From: Candidatus Sulfomarinibacteraceae bacterium
GTDB taxonomy: Bacteria; Acidobacteriota; Thermoanaerobaculia; Thermoanaerobaculales; Sulfomarinibacteraceae
Direction of reading: 5' to 3'
Assembly (NCBI GenBank): GCA_963796455.1
Contig: CAWCLO010000006.1
Location: 96,001-160,000, forward strand
DNA: 64,000 bases
Part shown: positions 19,707 through 29,339 of the stretch, piece by piece
Layout: every line of letters starts with the position of its first letter
Numbering within the stretch: the first letter of the stretch is position 1
Translations under genes and position numbers: made by a program
The notes under the pieces: model-generated
Database searches by the model: none
What the model was told of the DNA's origin: nothing
What the model saw: only the letters and a program-made list of their open reading frames with translations

Positions 19707-21617
19707 TGATTCCGGAGGCGGTTCATACGCTTCCGGAACTTCCCACCCTCCGAGTTCGGCCACTCGTTTGGCGACGGCCTGCGCGGTGACCTGATCCGGA
19801 GGCATTGCGTCGCCGAAACGCACCGTGATCCGTGACCAGAAACGTCGAAAGGGCCGGCTCATGGCGGGCCCGCCCTTACGGCTGAAAAAGCTCCCCCAAA
19901 GACCGACCAGGGCCACTGGAAACACCGCGACCGGTGTGCGTGCGATGATCTTTTCGATTCCGGGGCGAAATGGAGACAAGGACCCGTCACACGTGATCCC
20001 ACCCTCGGGGAATATGCACACCACCTCACCCTCGGCAAGCTCTTCGGCGATCCGGTCATAAGCTTGTTCGAGGACCTCGGGCTTTTCGCGTGCGGACGCG
20101 ATCGGGATCACCTTGGCATCGCGAAAAAGAAAGCGGATCAGCGGCAGACGGGAATAGTCCTCCGCCATGACGAAACGCGGCGGTCTCGGCGACGCCGAGG
20201 CCATCAGCAGCCAGTCGACGAAGCTGGCGTGGTTGGCCGCGAGCACGCACGGGCCTTCTTTCGGGAGGTATTCAATTCCCTCGACCCGCAACCGATACAG
20301 GATATTGGCCAGACCCCAGGCCACGAAACGCAACAGAAACTCCGGAATGACTGTGTAGATCCAGATTGCCGCGCCGATATTCAGTAGTGCGAGGATCAGG
20401 AAAATCCCCGGGATCGAAACACCGGCAGCCATCAGGGTCACCAGAATCACCGACGACAGGACGATCAGCAAGGAGTTGAGGATATTGTTGCCCGCGATCA
20501 CCCTCGACCGGACCTCTCCCGCGGATCGTTGTTGAATGAATGTCATCAGCGGTACGGTGTAAAAACCTGAAAAGACCGCAATCAGGAAGAGATCGACCAG
20601 GACGTGCAGGCCACCGGGCGAACCCAGAAACTGGGTCGCCGAAAGAAGCGAGCCGTCAGTCGGCCGAAGAAACCGCCAACCAGAAAAGGCCAAATCGATG
20701 GCAAAAACACTGATGCCGATCGAGCCCAGCGGCACCAAACCCAGTTCGAGCCGGTTTCTGGAAAAACGTTCGCACAACATCGATCCGATGCCGATGCCGA
20801 CACAGAAGGTGCCCAGACAAAGGGTCACCACGGTCTCCCCTCCCCCGAGCACGTCCTTGGAAAAATTGGGCAACAACGACAGAAACGACGCCCCCATGAA
20901 CCAGAACCACGAGATCGCGAGCACCGAAAGAAAAACCGTGTGGACCGATCGCGTCACCCGCAGGATCTTGATGGTCGGTGTCACAGGGTTGAGCTCGAAC
21001 TGGAGATCGGGGTTGGCGGCGGGCGTTTTCTGGATAAAAAGGCTCACCAGCCATCCCAGAATCGCGACAAACACCACCATGATTCCAAGACGCGAAACCC
21101 ACTCGTCTCCTCCGGCAACAATCAGTCCGCCGGTTATCGTGCCGAGCAGAATCGCCAAAAAAGTCGCCGACGCTACCAAGGCGTTTCCGCCCACGAGGTT
21201 TTTGTCGTCGAGCAACTCCGGCAGGATGGCGTACTTTGCCGGTCCGAAGAATGTCGATTGCATCCCCATGAAGAAAAGGACGAGCAGCAACAGCGCCAGG
21301 CTGTTGGTCGCAAAGCCGATCCCGGCGAGACACATCACTCCGATCTCCCAGATCTTGACCCAGCGAATCAGACGCCATTTCGCCAGCCGGTCGGCAAGTT
21401 GGCCCGCGGTGGCCGAAAAGAGAAAGAAGGGGAAAATGAAAATTCCCGCGCAGGCCACCACGATGGTGGCGGACGAAACACCGAGCAAGGTCATCGATCG
21501 ATAGGCAACAAGGATCGCCAGTGCGTTTTTAAAAAGATTGTCGTTGAACGCGCCCAGGAACTGGGTCCAGAACAGGGGCCAGAATCGGCGCTCGGACAAC
21601 AGATGCAGCTGGCTCAA
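19650..21617 (-). CDS. MFS lysophospholipid transporter fused to acyltransferase (LplT/Aas-like)
   Basis: RRFWPLFWTQFLGAFNDN.FK; GPAKYAILP; NHASFVD, FPEG acyltransferase motifs. Confidence 0.9.
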   Translation of the reverse strand: MSQLHLLSERRFWPLFWTQFLGAFNDNLFKNALAILVAYRSMTLLGVSSATIVVACAGIFIFPFFLFSATAGQLADRLAKWRLIRWVKIWEIGVMCLAGIGFATNSLALLLLVLFFMGMQSTFFGPAKYAILPELLDDKNLVGGNALVASATFLAILLGTITGGLIVAGGDEWVSRLGIMVVFVAILGWLVSLFIQKTPAANPDLQFELNPVTPTIKILRVTRSVHTVFLSVLAISWFWFMGASFLSLLPNFSKDVLGGGETVVTLCLGTFCVGIGIGSMLCERFSRNRLELGLVPLGSIGISVFAIDLAFSGWRFLRPTDGSLLSATQFLGSPGGLHVLVDLFLIAVFSGFYTVPLMTFIQQRSAGEVRSRVIAGNNILNSLLIVLSSVILVTLMAAGVSIPGIFLILALLNIGAAIWIYTVIPEFLLRFVAWGLANILYRLRVEGIEYLPKEGPCVLAANHASFVDWLLMASASPRPPRFVMAEDYSRLPLIRFLFRDAKVIPIASAREKPEVLEQAYDRIAEELAEGEVVCIFPEGGITCDGSLSPFRPGIEKIIARTPVAVFPVALVGLWGSFFSRKGGPAMSRPFRRFWSRITVRFGDAMPPDQVTAQAVAKRVAELGGWEVPEAYEPPPESSSEFGIRNSEFRNIHPEE

Positions 21618-21664
21618 TCAGACCTCCCGGGTTGATTCGAGCCACGATAGTACATTGACGGCAG

Positions 21665-21820
21665 GTGCCAAGGGGAGAGGGAGAGGGCACCGTTGTTCGA
21701 TACTCGATGCGAGATGCTGGATGCTGGATCCAAAAGTCGAACCTCTTTCGATCCCGAGCCCGATCCCGTTTCCGTTACCGTTACCGAAGGGGGAAGGGAG
21801 AACCGTACCGGAGGCGTTGC
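21665..21820. repeat. Composite intergenic repeat
   Basis: GATGCTG array, CCCGAT/CCGTTA hexamers and gaaggg..accgtacc; the same modules recur at 26810-27390. Confidence 0.7.
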
Positions 21821-21850
21821 AGCCAAAAAACAGCGTGGCTCCCCTGCTCT

Positions 21851-22279
21851 TCAGTCTGTGTCGCCGTCGGCCTTCTTGAAGCGGTGGGAAAGCGCCCCGA
21901 GTATCCACAACCCGCCGGTCACGAGGTGAATCCAGATCCAGGTAGTTCGCCAGCCTTCGGAGACGGTCACTTGAATCAAATAGCCCGACACCACGACCGG
22001 TACGAACTGAACGGTTAACACGAGACCCGTGAGGCGACCCCTCTTCGACGAATTGGAGAGTTTCTCAAAAACATGACCCTTCCAGAACAGCGCCACGGCA
22101 AATACGAGCGCCGGTGCCACCAGGACATGGAGATGTTGAAAATCGGGCTGCCACGGGTGATTCACAACCGACCATTCGTCGACAGGATCCATCAGATACT
22201 TCATGATCCCGTAAACCACCCCGGTCCCTCCAACCAGGAGATTGGATATGTCGAACAACCACCGTTCGCTGCGGGTCAT
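21851..22279 (-). CDS. Small membrane protein with His-bearing TM helices (possible cytochrome b, DUF4405-like)
   Basis: About 4 TM helices; HLHVL, WKGHV, WIHL..G..W....SH. Confidence 0.7.
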   Translation of the reverse strand: MTRSERWLFDISNLLVGGTGVVYGIMKYLMDPVDEWSVVNHPWQPDFQHLHVLVAPALVFAVALFWKGHVFEKLSNSSKRGRLTGLVLTVQFVPVVVSGYLIQVTVSEGWRTTWIWIHLVTGGLWILGALSHRFKKADGDTD

Positions 22280-22836
22280 GGAAATTCCACCTCGGTTTCG
22301 AGCACCTGATGAATCGCCATCGCCCGCCGAATCGCATCCGTCGTGGCTCTCGCTGTCAGAGTGGCACCGGTGATCGCTCGGATGCCCCGTTTGAGCTCGA
22401 GTTCGTCGTCAAGAGAACGGTCCTCGAATTGTTGATACCACCGATCCGGGGGCAAATAGTCGAGAGGCTCCCTGAACGCCACAACCTCGACTCTTTTTAA
22501 TGTGCCATCCGCAGCAATAGCGATCATCACGGTTTCCGGAAGCGTCCGGACACGATGGGTATCGAGATAGGCCCAACCGACTACTTCACCCTCGAGGACC
22601 GCGACATATCGCGTCACCAGGGCCCCGCCCGGTCGCTGACCCGCGAGCGTTTCGATCCGGTCCAGTTGCTCCCCGGTCAGAAAGACGGTCTGGCGTTCGG
22701 TTGACGATTTCGGATAAACCTGTCCGAGAGCTTCCTCCACAGTTACCAGAACCGTCCCGAAACTTGTCGAAACGAGCACGACCGCGGCGCAGAAGACCGC
22801 GCCCAAGCAACAAATCCAGGAACGTGGAGTCATCAT
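22276..22836 (-). CDS. Exported FMN-binding domain protein
   Basis: Signal peptide; F.EP..Y; flavinylation motif AITGATLT. Confidence 0.85.
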   Translation of the reverse strand: MMTPRSWICCLGAVFCAAVVLVSTSFGTVLVTVEEALGQVYPKSSTERQTVFLTGEQLDRIETLAGQRPGGALVTRYVAVLEGEVVGWAYLDTHRVRTLPETVMIAIAADGTLKRVEVVAFREPLDYLPPDRWYQQFEDRSLDDELELKRGIRAITGATLTARATTDAIRRAMAIHQVLETEVEFP

Positions 22837-22841
22837 TTACG

Positions 22842-24212
22842 TCAGAATATGTAGCCGAGGTTGAGGTTGATCCGGTCGACTCCGGTGCCGGCGCGGTTGT
22901 CGACATCCTGGTATTCGAATTTGACAATGAGTTGTTCGATGGGCTGATAGGCGATGCCAACGCCAAGGATCTCCTCGTCGGTCGCTGGATTCGACTCCCA
23001 CCCTTCTGGGACCGTCTCCTGCGTATTGACCTGTTCCCATCGAATATAGGGAGTAAGCGACGATCGACCACTCCTCCTCGAGAAAAGGTCATACCCGGCC
23101 TCGAGGTAGTAGCCGACCATGCTTTCTCCCACTGATTTATCTCCCTCCAGACCCGAGGCCTGGTTGAGCTCCGCCACATCGCCGAGGTCGGATCTCGCAT
23201 AGAGGGCACGCAGCTGCAGACCCCGGATCTTGTAGTCCACGTGTCCCTCCAGGATCGTCGTCGAAACATCAATTGCGGCGCCATCGGTTGAGGTGAGTCC
23301 CTGACCCGAGTCGCCGGTATACAAGGATGCGCCCAGAAGCAGTCCGGGCGTCCCCTGGTAGTCGACGCGGCCGACCCATGCAAAATCCTCAGCCTTGGCC
23401 TTGGAGCCCTTCTGCCGTCCGCCCCGTAGCCCGGCCGCCGAAAAACCCGATGCATCGAGGCCATTCACGACAAAAGTCCGGTAGGTAAAACCGCCAAAGT
23501 CCCCAAAGACGCCGACTCCGTTTTCCCGCCACGTGCTCGGAATGATCCGCCGTTCCGTCTCCGGTCGAAGAGCGCCCAAAAATGTCGTCGGCTCGTGCAA
23601 TTCATTGATCAGACCCATCGGCACCAGAACCAGACCGGCGCGCACGTTGAAAGCATCCGAGTGGAGGTAGTCGACGTATGCAAATTCGACCGATACCGAA
23701 CCATCCTGGGAGGTCGAAGCATGCTCGAATTCGATCTCTGAATTGAATACGAAAGAATCCGAAAACTTGTAGCCGAAATAGATGACGGCACGGAGAAAAT
23801 CGAACTGATCCGTCTTGCCGGAGTCGGTACCGTCGTCCTTTTTTGAGTCGTAGGACTGCAGGAGCATCTCGCCATAGCCGCCAATCGACAGACCCGACTC
23901 CTTGCTGTAGACCTTGGCCGCCGCCGGGCCCAGTCCGGGCATGGCGTTCTCGCGGGAAGCGGTAACGACGGCATCACCGACCTTGAGATTCTCGACTTCT
24001 TCCGCCAGGATTCCGATTTGCCGCTCGATCTCGGTCAGCCTCTGATCGGCAGGCGCCTCCTCTTTGAGTTCCCCCAGAGCCGCCCGAAGCTCTGCGATCT
24101 CGCGCTCCAGACGTTCGATCTTTTCATCCGGGGTTTCCGCCGCCGCAGCGACGGGCACCACCAGCAACAGCAGGACAATCACCGTCCATCTATTCAGGAT
24201 TCCACATCTCAT
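22842..24212 (-). CDS. Outer-membrane porin-like beta-barrel with N-terminal coiled coil
   Basis: Signal peptide; IGGYGE, FNSEIEFEH, VEFAYVDY, INELHEP, IIPSTWRE; terminal YIF. Confidence 0.85.
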   Translation of the reverse strand: MRCGILNRWTVIVLLLLVVPVAAAAETPDEKIERLEREIAELRAALGELKEEAPADQRLTEIERQIGILAEEVENLKVGDAVVTASRENAMPGLGPAAAKVYSKESGLSIGGYGEMLLQSYDSKKDDGTDSGKTDQFDFLRAVIYFGYKFSDSFVFNSEIEFEHASTSQDGSVSVEFAYVDYLHSDAFNVRAGLVLVPMGLINELHEPTTFLGALRPETERRIIPSTWRENGVGVFGDFGGFTYRTFVVNGLDASGFSAAGLRGGRQKGSKAKAEDFAWVGRVDYQGTPGLLLGASLYTGDSGQGLTSTDGAAIDVSTTILEGHVDYKIRGLQLRALYARSDLGDVAELNQASGLEGDKSVGESMVGYYLEAGYDLFSRRSGRSSLTPYIRWEQVNTQETVPEGWESNPATDEEILGVGIAYQPIEQLIVKFEYQDVDNRAGTGVDRINLNLGYIF

Positions 24213-24256
24213 CTCAAGCTCCTCAAACCGGTAATCCGGTTATTATTTGCTCACAC

Positions 24257-25426
24257 TCAATTCGATTGTTCGAAGCTTTCTGACCGCTCTGGATCGACGC
24301 CATCGGCGGTTCGCAGCCAGTCAACCGATCGACCTCCAAGAGCCTGTAGCCTGTCCACCAGACCCGAGGTTGCCGAAATCCGGAGGTCACCGGCACGCCG
24401 TTCCACAAATACAGCCTGGATATCGGGATACCGAAGGATCCACTCGGCGCCCACTCGAGGGCCCATCACATATAGCGCCGTTGAAATACAATCCGCCGTC
24501 ATTGGGTCGGAAGAGATCACCGTCACCGAACCCCAGTCAACAACGGGAACACCGGTTCTGGGATCGAGAATATGGCCAAGGCGCTCGCCATCGACAAGGA
24601 TTCCGCGGAGGGAGTTTCCCGAGCTCGCGGCCGTCCCCTCTGCCAACTTGATTTCGGCGACCGGGACCTGACGATCTCTGGGATCCGCCACCGCAATTGA
24701 AACCGGCTGGCACTCTCCCCACAAAAAAACCTGACCTCCAAAATCCATGACTGCGCAGGATGCTGCGGCAAACCGGACGGCCTCGATCGTATCGACTAGG
24801 GCCGCTCCTTTTCCGAATCCACCTTCTTCGATTCGATAATCACTTCGTATACGACGTGTTCTTCGGCCTACAATCTCGATTCCGTCCGGCAACGATGCCG
24901 AGACGCCTATGCGAAGTTCATCAGGCGAGGGAACCCTCCCCTGTCCGCGGAGATCCCACATCTCGACCAGCATCGCGATACCCGGCCGGAAAGCACCGTC
25001 CGATCGTCGTTCCCAGCGGGCGGCCTCCGCGAGATCTCTCGCCAATGACGCGGACAGTTCTGCCCATTCCCCAGTTCGAAATTGATTCAATCCGGTCAAC
25101 TCCGAGTCGTCGCGCCAGGTCGACAATCGCCGTTCAGCATCCTCGACCGTTCGCAGCACGGACTCCGACGCAGCGAGAGCGCCTGAACGGGTGGGAGCCT
25201 CGATGCGCAGATCGAGCCAGGTTCCCATCACGAAGTGACGGCGATGGACGGTCTCGGGATCGGCAGATTCTGCAAAATTCACCCCTAAGGTGGCGGTCAA
25301 CATGGAAATGATCCAGATATTGAATCCACGTCTCGGATGTTCGACAAGGCCCTTGGAGGGCCGACAGTGAGCGTAGTCCATGGTTTTTCTCGGAGGTTCA
25401 CGAATTTCACTTGTGTTCATTTGCAC
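24257..25426 (-). CDS. apbE: FAD:protein FMN transferase (start uncertain)
   Basis: VMGT, LSTW..DSEL..LN, GGFGKG, DFGG, ASSG, HILDPRTG, AD..STAL.VMG. Confidence 0.9.
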   Translation of the reverse strand: MQMNTSEIREPPRKTMDYAHCRPSKGLVEHPRRGFNIWIISMLTATLGVNFAESADPETVHRRHFVMGTWLDLRIEAPTRSGALAASESVLRTVEDAERRLSTWRDDSELTGLNQFRTGEWAELSASLARDLAEAARWERRSDGAFRPGIAMLVEMWDLRGQGRVPSPDELRIGVSASLPDGIEIVGRRTRRIRSDYRIEEGGFGKGAALVDTIEAVRFAAASCAVMDFGGQVFLWGECQPVSIAVADPRDRQVPVAEIKLAEGTAASSGNSLRGILVDGERLGHILDPRTGVPVVDWGSVTVISSDPMTADCISTALYVMGPRVGAEWILRYPDIQAVFVERRAGDLRISATSGLVDRLQALGGRSVDWLRTADGVDPERSESFEQSN

Positions 25427-25623
25427 AAGTGAGAGAGAGACTAGCGACCTCTCGACATACTGTCAATATCGCCTCTCGAAATCGCCATCGGCATTACGAA
25501 AATCAATTCGTTTGAATTCTCAAGGCCCTTGGCTGGCGATAAATACACCAACAATTTTCCGGTGGAATGCAACCTCGGGCGTCAATACGCCAAACAAGAA
25601 GTAAAAGTCGAAGGAGCCGAAAG

Positions 25624-26745
25624 CTACTCGGGAGTCGCCTGACGCCGTTTCATGGCGTACATCCGTTCATCGGCCTCGGCCAACGCACGAGAGATATCGG
25701 CCGGCGCGGCACATGAAGAGACTCCCCAGTGCACACCCAGAGGCTCTTCATAGGGAAAAGCCTCAGTGCTCTCTTGGAGTTCGCCGATGAGAGTGGTGAA
25801 ACGCCGTTGCGCCTGCTCGTGACCGGTGCCGCGGAGCACCACCACGAACTCGTCTCCACCCCACCGCACCACCAGGTCTCCCGGCCGAATCGAGGACGAG
25901 AGAACATTCGCAACCAATCGGAGCGCTTCGTCGCCCACCGCCTGACCGTGCCGGCTGTTGATTCGTTTGAGGCCGTCGACATCGATCAGGACCACCGACA
26001 CCGGCTGGCCGCCTTCCCAGCGATCAAACCACGCCCGTAGGGCCTGGCGCGTGGGACAACCGGTCAGCGGGTCGGTTTCCGCCAGTCGCAGGAGATGCTC
26101 GTGCTCATCCTCGAGATCCGCCAACTGGGCCTTCATTGACGAGGCCTCCGATGCAACGGTTCGCGTCACGGTCGCGGTCGCGGTCAGAGCCAAGGCCGCG
26201 AAAAGGAGGACCGAGATCAGCGGGTCGTAGCTGAGCCCGATCGTAGGTCGAAGGACTCCGACCAGAAGTACCAACCCGGTTGCCACGAGGAACGCAGATG
26301 CAGCGGTGAATGCCGACCGGGGGGAACGTCCTCGAGATACGGCGGCCAGCCAGATCGCGATCCCGAGCAGCAGACACCCGTAGAGCGCTCGCCACAGTGG
26401 AACCGGCAGAAAGACCGCAGCAGCAAGCAACGGCAAGCCGGCCAGAGCCAGAGTCACGGCCCGCTGCCCTCCCTTTTCGTCATCAATCAGATCCAGAACA
26501 CGTACCAGCACGAGGAGTCCGATCGCGATCAAGGCGCCGCCCATCCCGTGCGGAGTTCCCGACCACCGCAGACCGGCCGTGATGTCGAGGCCGGCGCCCC
26601 CTGCAATCAGCAGCCAGGCAATTGCCGGCACAAAGCCGTGCGGGTCCGGCAGCACCCGATTGAGATATCCGAAAATGAGGGCCGTTGTCAGACCCAGCCC
26701 GACCACGCCAGCGAGCGCCCACCACACCATGGTCGCGTTCAGCAC
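25624..26745 (-). CDS. Membrane-bound diguanylate cyclase
   Basis: About 7 TM helices, then TDPLTG, DVDGLKRIN..HG..GD, RWGGDEF; GTG start after GGAGG. Confidence 0.9.
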   Translation of the reverse strand: MLNATMVWWALAGVVGLGLTTALIFGYLNRVLPDPHGFVPAIAWLLIAGGAGLDITAGLRWSGTPHGMGGALIAIGLLVLVRVLDLIDDEKGGQRAVTLALAGLPLLAAAVFLPVPLWRALYGCLLLGIAIWLAAVSRGRSPRSAFTAASAFLVATGLVLLVGVLRPTIGLSYDPLISVLLFAALALTATATVTRTVASEASSMKAQLADLEDEHEHLLRLAETDPLTGCPTRQALRAWFDRWEGGQPVSVVLIDVDGLKRINSRHGQAVGDEALRLVANVLSSSIRPGDLVVRWGGDEFVVVLRGTGHEQAQRRFTTLIGELQESTEAFPYEEPLGVHWGVSSCAAPADISRALAEADERMYAMKRRQATPE

Positions 26746-26877
26746 GAGTTCCCCTCCAAATACCGGCACCAGAGACTCCACGGTGATTATGGCAGAGAAT
26801 GCCGCGAAGGGGGAAAGGGAGATCGATCGCTCGATGCTCGATGCTGGATGGCGGATTCTGGATTCCGATCCAGGATG

Positions 26878-27338
26878 GCAGAGGGGCACGGGGGCGGAGG
26901 GGCAGAGGAGCGCTCGGCATCTTCGCTATCGCTATCGGGATCGCTATCGCTATCGAACGGCTGCGGTGGATACGGACCCCGAAATATGGAAAGGGAAAAC
27001 CGCCCGGCACCGATTTCTCCTCGATGTGAATGTCGCCGCCCGATGTCATCCTGAGCGGAGCCCCCCTTGGGGCGCAGTCGAAGGATCTATGGCGCACCAG
27101 CGGAGACCCAAGGCCGCAGATCCTTCGACTCCGCGCCGAAGGCGCTTCGCTCAGGATGACATCTTGAACGACAGTGCCGATCCCGTTGCCGTCACCGTTT
27201 CCGAAGGGAGAAAGGGGGAAAGGGGGAACAAGCCTCCACATTGCAGAGGGGCACGGGGGCGGAGGGGCAGAGGAGCGCTCGGCATCTTCGCTATCGCTAT
27301 CGGGATCGCTATCGCTATCGAACGGCTGCGGTGGATAC
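26878..27338. repeat. Two identical 96-bp direct repeats flanking a palindromic element
   Basis: 26878-26973 equals 27243-27338; inner element 27042-27163 has 16-bp outer IR GATGTCATCCTGAGCG and 13-bp inner IR AGTCGAAGGATCT. Confidence 0.9.
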
Positions 27339-27414
27339 CGATCCCGAAAGGGAGAAAGGGAGAAAGGGAGAGGGAGACCGTACCAGAAGCGATCCACGTG
27401 ATAAGGAGCGGGTG

Positions 27415-27527
27415 TCCTCTGCTCCTCTGTCTCTGCCCCTCTGCCCCTCTGCCCCTCTGCTCCTCTGCTCCTCTGCTCCTCTGCTCCTCTGCTCCTCTGC
27501 TCCTCTGCTCCTCTGCTCCTCTGCTCC
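27415..27527. repeat. Octamer tandem array (CTCCTCTG)n, about 14 units
   Basis: Directly visible; complementary to the cagagggg/cagaggag units in the 96-bp repeats. Confidence 0.9.
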
Positions 27528-27538
27528 CTTTCGATTCG

Positions 27539-28336
27539 TCAGCTCACTTCAGCGAGGAACTCCAAGCACAACTCGACGACTCGTTCCGGCTGCTCGACGA
27601 CGACGGCGTGGCCGGCGCCGGCAATGACCTCGAAACGGGCGCCGGAAATCGCATCGGCAAAACCGCGTACTCGATCGACTGATACGAAACCGTCGAGTTC
27701 GGCCGCCACGACCATGGCAGGACACTTGATGGCGGCCAGTTCGTCACCCAGGCGCACGGATTGAGCGGTATCGAGCAGACCGATCAGACCCCGGAACCAC
27801 TCGTCGGGCAAGGAGGCGATCTGGGCCCGCCGCACCACCCGTTCAGTGGAGTGGGCGGCTACATACGCCGGCGAGTAGACCACCGGTTCCAAAATGTCGG
27901 ACAGGTGGCCGCGGTCGTCTCCTTCGAGCGAATCGACGGCGGCCTGACGCCAACGCGCGACCTCGATTGCAAGCCCTTCATCAAAGCCTTCGGCCGATGC
28001 AATGGTGGCCAGCGAACGAACCCGGTCCGGGTGGCGGGAAGCGACCAGGGTCCCGACGACACCGCCAAAGGAGGTGCCGATAATGTGGACCGATTCGAGG
28101 CCGAGTTGATCCAGCAGCACGACCACATCGTCCGCGTGGTCAATGAGATCCGGGGGTGGGGTCGCGGGCATCATCAGCTGGCCCCTGAAGTCGCATCGAA
28201 TGACCCTATAGCGCCGGGCGAGCGGCGCCACGATATGTTCCCAGGACGGCACGGTCATGGCGACGCCGTTGAGCAGAACCACGGGTTCCCCGTCGCCGTT
28301 GATGCGATGAAAGAGGACCGCGGCCGACTCGCTCAC
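27539..28336 (-). CDS. Alpha/beta hydrolase
   Basis: LLNG, DFRGQ, GTSFGG nucleophile, GAGH. Confidence 0.9.
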   Translation of the reverse strand: MSESAAVLFHRINGDGEPVVLLNGVAMTVPSWEHIVAPLARRYRVIRCDFRGQLMMPATPPPDLIDHADDVVVLLDQLGLESVHIIGTSFGGVVGTLVASRHPDRVRSLATIASAEGFDEGLAIEVARWRQAAVDSLEGDDRGHLSDILEPVVYSPAYVAAHSTERVVRRAQIASLPDEWFRGLIGLLDTAQSVRLGDELAAIKCPAMVVAAELDGFVSVDRVRGFADAISGARFEVIAGAGHAVVVEQPERVVELCLEFLAEVS

Positions 28337-29223
28337 GCAGGTTCCTCCCCGGTCGGCATCTCGAAATCGATCGACCCGGCCTTCATGAAGGCCTTCAGGG
28401 CCGGGAAGAAAACATCGGGACGTTCGATGTAGACCACGTGGCCGCTTTCGGGCACCAGTTCGTAGCGGCTGTTAGGAAAGATCTCGGCCAGTTTTTCCTG
28501 CTGCCAGAGCGGGATCGCCCGGTCGTGGGCGCCGGCCATGATGAGAGTCGGAGCCGTGACCTTGCGGTATCCCTCGACCCGTTCTTCGATATTCGCAAAG
28601 AATGGATCCTGGGCCTCGGTGAGCCGGATCAGACAGTAGCGATAGTCGATGTATCGGTCATAGAATCGCTGCCGCATGGCCACCAACTGCTCATCGGGGA
28701 TGTTTTTGACAAAGCGCTCGGAGAAGATCTTCTCGTACATATAGTGGGTATAAAGCTCGAACTCACCCTTGGTACCGCGATAAAACCGTAGAGAAATATC
28801 CTGGTACATCTGGAAGAGCTTTTCGCGGCTGGCCAGAATCCCCGACAAGACCAGCGTGTGGACCCGCTCCGGGTAAAGTCGCGCGAATTCAAGGGCGATA
28901 AAGCCACCATAGGATATCCCCATTGGGTGGACCTTCTCGATACCGAGCTCATCCATGATCAGCGCAAGGTACCGCGCGAGCCCGTCGATGAAGTACGGAA
29001 CATCCTCCTTCGAGGACTCTCCCTGACCAAGGAAATCGTAGAGGATCACATCGTAGTCATCGACCAGCAGCGGCAGGAAGCCGTACCACGCCTTGGTGTG
29101 CATCGCGAGCCCGTTGAGCAGGCAAATCGCTTCGCGGTCGCCCGTGCCGTGGTACTCCCACCAGATCTTCTGACCGTCGACTTCCAGGTGACCGCTGCGG
29201 TCCGGGATGATTTCGGCTTTCAT
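28333..29223 (-). CDS. Alpha/beta hydrolase
   Basis: LLNGLAM, YDFLGQG, GISYGG, ESGH. Confidence 0.9.
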   Translation of the reverse strand: MKAEIIPDRSGHLEVDGQKIWWEYHGTGDREAICLLNGLAMHTKAWYGFLPLLVDDYDVILYDFLGQGESSKEDVPYFIDGLARYLALIMDELGIEKVHPMGISYGGFIALEFARLYPERVHTLVLSGILASREKLFQMYQDISLRFYRGTKGEFELYTHYMYEKIFSERFVKNIPDEQLVAMRQRFYDRYIDYRYCLIRLTEAQDPFFANIEERVEGYRKVTAPTLIMAGAHDRAIPLWQQEKLAEIFPNSRYELVPESGHVVYIERPDVFFPALKAFMKAGSIDFEMPTGEEPA

Positions 29224-29232
29224 GGTTCCCCC

Positions 29233-29339
29233 AATTCGAGAGTTCGGAGTTAGGAGTTCGGAGATTCCAACCGCCCATCCAAGAAAAATCCGGGTCGGGA
29301 GCGAGAACTCAGAATTCCGAATTCAAAACTCCGAACTCA
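29233..29339. repeat. Inverted heptamer arrays (GAGTTCG)n / (ACTCCGA-like)n
   Basis: gagttcg gagttag gagttcg ... aactcag aattccg aattcaa aactccg aactc; same family as 19594-19706. Confidence 0.8.

Noticed and set aside
26483..27682. ORFs of 300-370 aa across the repeat cluster
   Set aside because: Translations are low-complexity products of the repeats (DSDSD, LCSSAP) with no domain signal.
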